Origin: Azolla caroliniana
Lineage: Eukaryota > Plantae > Polypodiophyta
NCBI GenBank assembly: GCA_043228905.1
Contig: JBHGNT010001163.1
Coordinates: 1-11,354 of the forward strand
DNA: 11,354 bases
Reading direction: 5' to 3'
Position numbers and translations under genes: made by a program. Shown piece by piece: positions 1-8,767 of this stretch; within the stretch, counting starts at the first letter, position 1; each line of letters begins with the position of its first letter. The notes below the pieces were generated by a model that was given only the letters and a program-made list of their open reading frames with translations, searched no databases and was not told where the DNA came from.

Positions 1-288
1 CTTTTGTATGTACAAATATATGGCTTCTACTATGTAGTTCTTTTAGCGTTTTACAAATCATACAAGAACAAAGGCATTGCATTGCATTGTGCTTTGCTAA
101 TGATATATGTTTTTTCATTGAAGTTTATATATATTCAAACCAATATGTTCACAGTACTAATTTTAATTCAACAAACTTTCACCTTGCTTAACACCTTCTG
201 CCTCAGGGGAGAAAGAGAACACTGAATACATAATACTTACAACAACATATACAAATTTTTTTCTGGTTCGTGGGAGGGTGTGTACCTA

Positions 289-1458
289 CTAATCCAGATC
301 TTCATGGAGGGCTTCCATCATGATTCTATCACCATCACCTTCATCATCATCATCATTATCACCAATGCCAATGCCACGATGAGGTCGAGAAGTCTCTCCA
401 GGAGTATCTATACTTTCCCCAGCTGCAGGGCCACTAGATACTGTCTCCGCACTATTAGCTTGGCTTGAGGTTCCCACCTGAGCATTTGCGGGTGACTGCG
501 AAACTGTTCTGGTGGGTTGGCGCGAAACTGCTCTGGTGTTCCGAAACCATCCTGGAAGGTTAATCTGAAACCGATTACCACTCATTGTTGCTGTTGGAAT
601 GGTCGTGTTAGACAAACCCTGACTTGAGGGCAGATTATTAGAGGCTGTTTCTATGGTGGCGGTCATATCCCTGACCCCTTGTTCGCGTCCTCTTTGCGAC
701 TCGGCATCATCGGTTGGCATTTCATATCGACATACTGGACATGAATTGTGCTGGCTAAGCCAAGGGAGTATACATTCGGAATGGTATAGATGCAAACAAG
801 GCATTTGACGAGCTTTGGAGCCCAATTCAAATTCTTCCTTGCAAACAGCACACAGGGCAGCTTCCTCTGTGCCAAGATGTTCTTGGGAGATGATGATAGT
901 GGGCATGGATTCGATAGCAGATTTTGATGCCGGGGGGTTCCCGTATCGATTGGGGTCATTTTCGGCTAGTTGTTGGATGAGTTGATCTAGCCCCGCACCC
1001 CAAAAGTAGTCGCCAAGGTTACCAGGTAACCGTCTAGGTCCTTCTCCATTATCAAAGAAAATCTCTAAATTTGGTTGTGTGTTTTGGATCTGTTGAAGAA
1101 TTGCTGAGAATACGTCCACGAAAGGGGGCACTCCACGAGCGTTTGTATCCATACCTGTATTCATATTCACAGCTGCAGCAGGCGAGATAGGTGGTGCGCC
1201 AGATCTCGGTTGGTTGACGCCACGTGCAAAACCGAAAGGGGCCTCGTTGAACGCCCATGGACCAATCGTGGGCGGCAGTGAAAGATCTGAAGGCTGTGGT
1301 GGTGCTTCTACTTCTTCTAGGAATCCTTCTCCACAGTCAGGGCAAACAAGTTCCCCTGCATCTCCCGCCTCTGATGAGGATGATGTTGGAGGAACTCTAA
1401 TGTTTCTATCGCATCTGTAGCAGTAAAAGAATTGGGTACCTGTTGTAGAGCTCGCCAT
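289..1458 (-). CDS. E3 ubiquitin-protein ligase, N-terminal C2-C2 zinc ribbon + RING-H2 (BTL / RING1-like / RNF126-RNF115 type), 389 aa, intronless CDS
   Basis: ATG at 1458-1456 (context gcgATGG), TAG at 291-289. N-terminal zinc ribbon YCYRCDR...VCPDCGEGFLEE; conserved GDYFWGAGLDQLIQQLAENDPNRYGNPPASKSAIE block; canonical C3H2C3 RING CAVCKEEFELGSKARQMPCLHLYHSECILPWLSQHNSCPVC; acidic C-terminal tail. No DUF1117 tail recognised, so not RDUF-type. Confidence 0.96.
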   Translation of the reverse strand: MASSTTGTQFFYCYRCDRNIRVPPTSSSSEAGDAGELVCPDCGEGFLEEVEAPPQPSDLSLPPTIGPWAFNEAPFGFARGVNQPRSGAPPISPAAAVNMNTGMDTNARGVPPFVDVFSAILQQIQNTQPNLEIFFDNGEGPRRLPGNLGDYFWGAGLDQLIQQLAENDPNRYGNPPASKSAIESMPTIIISQEHLGTEEAALCAVCKEEFELGSKARQMPCLHLYHSECILPWLSQHNSCPVCRYEMPTDDAESQRGREQGVRDMTATIETASNNLPSSQGLSNTTIPTATMSGNRFQINLPGWFRNTRAVSRQPTRTVSQSPANAQVGTSSQANSAETVSSGPAAGESIDTPGETSRPHRGIGIGDNDDDDEGDGDRIMMEALHEDLD

Positions 1459-1591
1459 CGCTATGGCGATTCAGAGTAAGGCACGACGGTACACAGATAC
1501 ACACAAACCCTGTTTTTTCTGTTGTCTTGCTGTGGGACAGAATGGGGTCAAACAGTTTCTCAATGTGAGGGAGAAGAAAGAAACACTCTCT

Positions 1592-1615
1592 GAGAGAGAG
1601 AGAGAGAGAGAGAGA
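1592..1615. repeat. (GA)12 microsatellite; CT-tract on the RING gene strand (5' UTR or leader intron)
   Basis: Directly read, 134-157 nt upstream of the RING ATG. Confidence 0.95.
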
Positions 1616-1741
1616 AAGTATTCCTCAACAACAGTCTCTCTGCTGCCTGGCCTCTGTTTCTCTCGCAATTTTTGCAATACATACATAACATATGTACATA
1701 ACATACCCAAACCTAATACACAGAATCCAGCCTGGTATTTA

Positions 1742-1748
1742 TTATATA
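1742..1748 (-). promoter_or_regulatory. Possible TATA box (TATATAA) of the RING E3 gene
   Basis: Motif match ~285 nt upstream of the ATG, but in AT-rich context. Confidence 0.3.
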
Positions 1749-1873
1749 TTTACATAATTGGACATTAATTTCCTTTCCTATTATTTAACATCTATATTTT
1801 TTTGATATTTATATTCCGCCCCCATATTTATACATACATACATTATGTATAAATATGTATATACATATGCCTT

Positions 1874-1876
<3 letters not shown>

Positions 1877-1918
<42 letters not shown>
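1877..1918. repeat. (CT)21 microsatellite upstream of the RING gene (GAGA/BPC-type element)
   Basis: Directly read. Confidence 0.95.
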
Positions 1919-1924
<6 letters not shown>

Positions 1925-3363
1925 TGAACTGTGTTGGATCATTGGTTTCCCCACTAATGCTTATGCTTGATGATCTGGATTCTGGGGTTTGCCCACTCCT
2001 CTAATCATATTGATATATGTATGCATGGCCTTCTTGTCTTTGCATAATATGCTTGTACATTACGACATTCACAACAAAGAGGAATCTTCATTCAATGAGA
2101 TCGAGTCATTCAACCTAAACATTATCAAGTATAATATATATCTTCTTACGTATAATACAATTGTACCTATTATTCGAGAAAACTATTTTATCATTCACTA
2201 AAACATTGGCCATTGGCCAATGACAAAAGCTTTCGAAGTAGAATCACGTGTATTTGTTACAATTCCCCATTATTTCCTGTTCAAAAAAATGGCTTGATTG
2301 ATTCATAAAGACAACGCCATGCATGTAGGAAAAAAGAGTGAGTAGGTGTGTGGATGCAAGAAGGACCATGTGCGAACGACTGAAGGATCATGCGAGAAGA
2401 TGCAAGAAGGTTGGACATTCAAATGTTTAGATGGGCAAGTGGCAAACAAGAAGATAGATTAGCAAAGATGTACGTGAACAAACGATAAAGATCATAAGAT
2501 AGGAGAAGCATATAAGAAGATGAATGAACAAAACAAGCAAGTGGGTAAATGAGAATGATTGGCTTTGCTTGGAAGAATTTTGATACGATGAAACGAGGGA
2601 GTAAATTTAAGACATCGAGAGGCATGAGTGCTCGTGAGACACAAGAGGGAGACAAGGGTGTACAAGAATTAGACAAAGTGACAATGCAAATGTTAGAATA
2701 GTAATTAATATGAGAAGGAATGACACGATGGACTAATATCTTGTGATTGACATTGATCTACTTGAGATCAACTATTGAGAGAAACCCTCCTCGTGTACAA
2801 AGATTTTCAGTGTCTTCCTGAAGTCGATGTAATATTGTTTCCATTGGCTGTCTATGACTTCATGCTTTGTTTGTCACCACGAGTCCTCAATCCACCAATC
2901 AGTCGTACGTTTCGTTGATCCTTCTTTCTTATGTACAATGTTTGGATGAATATAAGGTTGTGTGGGTGTATAGTATGTGAGGTTATTATATGGTCAAACC
3001 ACCCATGGTTCTACCATTGTCAATATTGACAAGCCACACCTTGATGATGAAAATACAGTAACACATATGATGGTGATGTATTCAAAACCGAGTGGTAACA
3101 TATTAAAATGCACGTCATGATTTTGGGTATGAGCCATCACCACCCTCTTGGCGACCATAAAGAGCGTCAATAAAAAATCTTGAGATGATTTTTTTACTCT
3201 CTCTCATGTTATGATATTATATCAAGAATTCACCCTCCTCCTTGGTTTCGTTATAATATAAAGGTTATATTTGTTAGCACTAGTATAATGATGCTTCACC
3301 AATATATCATTGTGTCAAACACAACAAAGGTCATCATATTACCATCATTGATGTCCCATATAT

Positions 3364-3438
3364 TGCATGTTGAGAATCGAACTCAACTTCCCGTGAGTGG
3401 GAACACACTCTGGGATACTCAAGTGTGTGAACACCGCA
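3364..3438 (-). other. tRNA-like cloverleaf with Pol III B-box (tRNA-derived SINE head or tRNA pseudogene, putative)
   Basis: Minus strand: TGCGGTGTT-C-ACACACT[tgagtatcccag]AGTGTGT-TCCC[actcac]GGGA-A-GTTGAG[TTCGATT]CTCAAC-ATGCA. Three consecutive stems and a canonical T-loop; D-arm oversized and anticodon loop 6 nt, so not a canonical tRNA. Confidence 0.35.
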
Positions 3439-3558
3439 CCTCCTTGTATAGTAACTAGTGTGTCATAGAAGTTAATGTCCTATGACACATATTCCTTAAG
3501 TAGTTAAGACATGACCTCTTTCCCAAGAGGTGGTAGACTGGTAGTAGTGAGACAACTT

Positions 3559-4390
3559 AGAAAGAAAGAAAGATATACTGACGTCTTCTAAGGCCAAATT
3601 TGGCCCATGAGACAATCGGTTTACAACAAAATGAGTATTTATCCAGTCATCATAACTAAAATAAAATAAAGTAAACATGGAACTTAAACTAAAAGAGTTA
3701 TAGTAGTGTACAATACATGGTATACTCGATAAAGGAAGTGACTTTACACTAATCCTATTTTTATTTCCACCCAAGCTTCTCAAAAAGAAGTGGGGGGTCA
3801 AAGGGTTTTGATGTGGGTGTGACCCGTGGTTCCAATGTAGAGAGTGCCCTAGCCATGGCTTCTAGGCGGTGTAGCTCACGTTCCTTTATTTTCATTATTG
3901 CTTCCACACCACGTCGAGTTGCTTTGAAACCCGGCACCCGAGGATGTCTGGTTCTTCTTTGGTTTTCTGCCTCGTCAAGGGAAAGGCCGAGTGGTGCAAG
4001 TGTGTCGACATTTGTTGTCTCCCCCTGTTCCTGAAAAACTTCATTTGTTACATGTTGGTGAACATTAGCAACATTATTGTCAACATTTTGTACCTTATTC
4101 TCTCAGTGTTGTTTTAGCTCTAGAATGTATTTGCCTAATTTCTTTATATCTAGAGTATCTAATAGTTTGGGGAGGGTGGGAAAGGAACCAAGTATGTCTT
4201 GGTATTTTGCCCTTATCTCGGCATAGATTGGACACTTGCATGTAAAGTGATACTCATCCTCTATCTCTATGTGACATAACCTACATATCCTTTCCTCCCC
4301 AGGGACTCCATTAGTACGGCCATTCTCAATCTCAAGTTGGTGAGATGATATTCTAAGTTGTCCAATGGCAACCCTTAGTGCATGTGGTAT
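3559..4390 (-). mobile_element. 5'-truncated non-LTR retrotransposon (LINE): ORF2 C-terminus with CCHC zinc knuckle, 3' UTR, stem-loop and (CTTT)n tail
   Basis: Minus frame 4390->3761 reads IPHALRVAIGQLRISSHQLEIENGRTNGVPGEERICRLCHIEIEDEYHFTCKCPIYAEIRAKYQDILG...LGKYILELKQH*ENK...GWK*. The LRxSSHxLxIExGR...ERxCxxC...ExExHFxxxCPxYxxIR motif is typical of LINE ORF2 ends (CX2CX8HX4C at 4285-4232). One internal TGA (4105-4103), terminal TAA (3763-3761), palindrome GGCCAAATTTGGCC (3592-3605), tail TCTTTCTTTCTTTCT (3573-3559). The 5' boundary is approximate and no clear TSD was found. Confidence 0.88.
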
Positions 4391-4484
4391 GAATACTACA
4401 TAAGCACCTTCTCTCTTTCTTTATAACTGTTGGTTATTCTTGCTTTCTTTGTAATACAGTTTTCTGTTTTTTTGTAATCGTGAG

Positions 4485-4518
<34 letters not shown>
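4485..4518. repeat. Compound microsatellite (CT)10(AC)7
   Basis: Directly read. Confidence 0.93.
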
Positions 4519-4520
<2 letters not shown>

Positions 4521-5045
4521 CCGATTCTTTACATTGTCAATATACTATCATCATTGGGTGGTTGTTTCCAAGGGGTATGTTTTCATCGTCATTGTTGTCC
4601 TCGCCCTCTCGTTCACTTACCCACACCTTTGCATTTTCATAACATCTGGTCTTTTGAGCATTTGTTCGTCTATTCACCAAGCCTTTTTGCATTTTTTTTG
4701 TCCAATACCTTATTCATTAACTCATGCCCCTTCTTTTGTCCACACATATAAAATTGTCTCATATAATATTTTGTTGTCCATGATGGGCAATAATTTATGA
4801 TAACAATGACATATTCTCGCCATGCATTGGTGCAACGTCATCCATTCATTGTTATGGGAATTTAGTGAAACACAACCTATTGTTCGTGAGGAGCCAACAT
4901 GTCAATGGAATGAACTAACTCACTCAACAAACCACTTTCCTAACCTCGTTTTATAGCGTATTTTTGTCTTCTCACTAGAAGCTACTTCATACTCTTGGCA
5001 TTCTTCTTGAAAAGTATATATGGTCTATGTACAAGAGTGCACCAT

Positions 5046-5448
5046 TGTTAAGCCTTTTGTTAACAAGGTGGACGTGAGTGAGTGTCGATCTCTCTAAGGC
5101 TACTAAGATGCAAAGTAACTATTGAAACAGAGACTAATCCTACTCTATAACTTAATCACCTTCACATGATCAAATAAATGCTTAAGTGAGACTCTATTAC
5201 AAATTGAGCACTCAATTGAAGAGAAACAAAACGAAACATCACCAATACAACTAAGCTACCATTAGTTTATGCTTTAAATTCAACCTAGAGTTAAGTACAA
5301 TGATTAAGCGTTTAACTTGAGATCAAGGCAATGATTAACGCGGGGGAAGAGAGAGAGAGACTTAGCTTTAACTTCAAATATCATAACAAGAAATACCTAG
5401 AAAAATGTTTATAATTTTACCTTTATAGTTCTTTCTTAAAATTTAACA
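5046..5448. mobile_element. Possible LTR (TGTTAA...TTAACA bounded, 403 bp)
   Basis: 6-bp terminal inverted repeat TGTTAA (5046)/TTAACA (5443-5448); flanks ACCAT/ATAAT match only 3/5; lies upstream of Copia-like remnants. Weak. Confidence 0.22.
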
Positions 5449-5483
5449 ATAATATAACTATGATCCTTTCCCACTTGAGAACA

Positions 5484-5503
5484 TGTGTGTGTGTGTGTGT
5501 GTG
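5484..5503. repeat. (TG)10 microsatellite
   Basis: Directly read. Confidence 0.93.
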
Positions 5504-5959
5504 TACATATTCACATGAACGTAACACTTTGCTTAACTCAATCACACTTTAAGGCACATCAACACCCTTTTGCACAAGATCTGAATGAATCATTGGTACT
5601 CATCAATGTTGTATATGGTTTTACAAGAATGTACATTTAAAGGAGATATCCAAATATCAAATTGACAAAGGTTGTGCTTTAATTACATTAAGTTACTAAA
5701 TCTCTCTTCAAGTATCATTGGATCATGCCCTCGAGAGAAATGTTAATTGTTTTGAGCTTTTTCCAACACATATGTACCAATTGCAATTTTTATGCGACAC
5801 AACATGCTCATGTACTATATGCATTCATTGCACCTCTATACAACACAATGGATTTTTTCCATTCGAAAGAATCCAAAGCAATTCCTAACTTTTCGATTGG
5901 CAATTATGATGCATATCCATGAATATGTGCTTAAGTACTCATGATTTTGGCAATTTAAA

Positions 5960-6420
5960 TACTTGGCTACCATTATTATGCTTAACCTCATTGCTTTCTA
6001 ACGTTTTAGAGATATGATCATTAGGGGTGGTGGATTGAAAGATAATTAAGGCGACAATTTTGAAGATTGGTGCCTTTATTTGAAAAAGATGTGACAAATA
6101 TACATTCATTCGCAAACATAAACAAATATGGGTAGTTTGTCAAAATTCAACAATAGAGACTCGTGATATAGAAACAATGAGGGATTAGTAGAAATGTTCC
6201 TATCATGGATGACCATTAAACTATGCAAAAGGGCCACTTTGAAGACAATAAGCATGGAATCCATAAGGAGTTATTCGCCTCCACCAATGTAAACAAATGG
6301 TCCGTAAAGGATTTATTGTCAAGAAATTTTTATGTCCTATTTGAAAATAATGGTTGTAATATAGTTTCCCATAGAAAGTGTACATCAAACAAATTATATA
6401 AGTTTGAGCAATCCATCTAA
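5960..6420 (+). mobile_element. Highly degenerate Ty1/Copia gag-pol remnant (putative)
   Basis: Motif ghosts in Copia order across frames: LATII/CLTSLLS (~5963-6000, gag-like), CLYLKKM*Q at 6071 (like CxYCKKxGH knuckle), IETRDIETM at 6153 (like IDTGAxxHM protease), DDH*TMQKG and ELF...SVKDLLSRNFYVLFENNGCNI...KLYKF (6208-6405, like VLxVP..NLLSVxxL...VxF....CxI...LY). Recognised by eye only. Confidence 0.4.
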
Positions 6421-6977
6421 TTAGTCGTGAGTTCAAACCTTAATATTCACTAGAAATTTAATCAAATGCTTCCATGTTTTGTATGCCTAATGCAAATTTG
6501 CGATGATTTTGTGATTGGGCTCGTGATGATTTTCCCTTCACACTTGCTAGTGTAGTTGTCACACGTGCATTATGTATGGGTTTAACATGTTGTATGTGCA
6601 CATAAAATTTGCGTGCTCCTCTTGTGTGCTGCAACTTGAAATATTTTTGAGTAATGTGCAATGCATACATTTGCAACCCTAAGTGTAATCATTAATGCGT
6701 ACATTTGTAATATATTTAAAGTTTGTTTGTTAGTGTGTGTGTGTAAATAAATGTGAATTGGTGCACCTGGAATTTGTATCTAATAATATAGGAGGATGTG
6801 TGCATTTAGCTTAAAAAATGTGTGTGTAACCATGTGTGCTTGTTTAGGATTGGGTGATTATGTGAGTGTGAAAGTGGAGGTGTGTAAAATATCTATCAAG
6901 TCACAAGTGTTCAAGTAAATGTGTGTTCATGGTTTGTCTATGTAACATGTTTTCTACATGTGGGAAAAAGTGGTTGT

Positions 6978-6990
6978 GGGGGGGGGGGGG
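6978..6990. repeat. G13 homopolymer
   Basis: Directly read. Confidence 0.9.
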
Positions 6991-8625
6991 ACAAACTTTA
7001 AGATTTAGGGGGAATTTAGTTTAAATATTTATCATTTTCATTTGAATAGGAGGTATTTCATGGATATAAGATCCTATCCCCTAGGAATGTGTGTAGGGCA
7101 CTATGTCAAAATGAGAGGGAAAGGTGTGACTAGTGTGGAATTTGGGTTGAGGCCAATCCTAAGTGTTGACTTTTGGTGCCTCTTGGCCAAGCAACGTCAA
7201 TTGCAACAACCATAACTATACTGACATGGAACCACGTGTCCATGGTGTGTTGTTCCCACACTTTCTTCATTTGATGAAAAATAGCTACACTACTCGTCGG
7301 TCCTCTACTTAGACCCTCTTTTCAAATTAAGACCAATAACTAAATTAGCCTTTCTTTGGGTAGATTAGGTAATCAACCTTCAATAGGTCCGATTTTGGGC
7401 AATTTGTCTAAAACATCCTTGTTTGAAAATTGTTGTTTTTAGGAATTGGCTTCGTTTGTCACCCCCATGACAAGGTTTGTCGAAATTCGTGTTTTATTTG
7501 ACCTTTGAAAGTAATGCAAACAATAATTGTGGAGATCATTATACATAGCATCTTTAATAGTGGACAATCCTATCTTGATCGAAAATATCATATATACGTT
7601 ATAATAATGTATTGGGGATACAATTTATTCTATAGCTCATTGAGTAAGACAACTTTTGCAACTCTTTTCAGCACACAAGAAGGAAAAGTACATTGATGTA
7701 AACTATCAACTCTTTTAGCATGTCTAATGGAACCTTATGATTGTATAAACTATCAATTACAACATCAAAACATGTGTATTTTGCTTTTTCTTAATGTAGT
7801 TGAAACAGGGATGCTTAATGACAGCAATCATCTAACTGATGTAAAAGTTTGAGAATGTGATTATAAATATTATTGTTACCAATACTGACTCCAAATAGCT
7901 ATGACATTATGTGTATGACAAGGAGATGAGTTGATTTTGAACACTTGGTGAATTTGTACTATTCATAATTTCAAACAACATTGTTCGCTTGTTAGGTATG
8001 GACAACTACATCTAATGGATTCTTAGTCATTGGGCTTTCCCATTCACCTTGACCAACAAAACTATCTGAGAAATCGTACGGATTCCTCATTTGGCTTCAT
8101 AACCTCCTATGCTATTAGAAGTTTTCACTAACGAAGGATGTAGAAATTTATGTCAATTAAGACATTGTCAAATCACACATAGCGACAACAAATTGATTGC
8201 TCACGAGCAAGGAAGTTGCCGCTACTGTTAGCAAAGACGGGCACCCATCCCTTCTTTGTATTTCATTAATTTTTTTGGCAAAAAGTGATGAGAATACAAA
8301 ATGTGAGAGAACAAATCCCCTACCTAAGAAACACAATTATTTGGCTGCAGAACGTCGAGTACAATACGTAGCAGTTCATGTTCCGTGTGTTGAAGAAGAA
8401 GTATGTGCCCAAAAGGAAAGATGGTATGGTCCCAAGGCCGGGTCTTGGTGTTGGGACCATGTGTTGGTTGGTTCGTTGGTCAAGGAGGAGAAGTTGTCAA
8501 ATGATGTACATATTGTAATTTGTAATTTGTATACAGTACATACATATTGTGTGTTCAAGTGAGATATGGACGGTACGTACAGTCGATGGAAGAAGGTCCC
8601 ACCGCCCATGGAGTGGGATTCATGC

Positions 8626-8652
8626 CTTCTTCTTCTTCTTCTTCTTCTTCTT
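8626..8652. repeat. (CTT)9 trinucleotide repeat in the probable kinase 5' leader
   Basis: Directly read; CTT/CT tracts are common in plant 5' UTRs. Confidence 0.93.
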
Positions 8653-8767
8653 CGTCTGGCCATGGAGTAGACCCACTCCTGTGGCTGTAACCAAAAGCGA
8701 GAGGAAACAATTTATCTACTTTTAATTTTGTTGACTTTGGGAGAGGGTGGATAACAGCAAAAAAATG

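Noticed and set aside
280-1768. Short ORFs overlapping or adjacent to the RING gene (280-468, 663-959, 1052-1258, 1214-1420, 1463-1768, 1471-1710)
   Set aside because: Shadow frames of the real CDS or translations of the GA repeat; no motifs.
2760-2900. Minus-strand YIDFRKT resembling the LINE RT motif FVDFRKAFD
   Set aside because: Only five residues match and the flanking residues do not follow the RT pattern.
3364-3438. Functional tRNA gene
   Set aside because: Oversized D-arm without the conserved GG, 6-nt anticodon loop and bulged acceptor stem; kept only as a tRNA-like element.
3813-4034. Plus-strand 73-aa ORF
   Set aside because: Antisense shadow of the LINE ORF2 frame on the minus strand.
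4480-4800. Hydrophobic 106-aa ORF resembling a membrane protein
   Set aside because: GTG start in a microsatellite; hydrophobicity follows from T-rich composition; no splice or motif support.
7288-7303. CACTACT / TACTCGTCGGTCC as a CACTA or Stowaway terminus
   Set aside because: No matching opposite TIR or TSD found in the window.
8376-8663. Minus-strand ORF with poly-Arg (protamine-like)
   Set aside because: The Arg run is just the antisense of the (CTT)9 microsatellite; no other coding signal.
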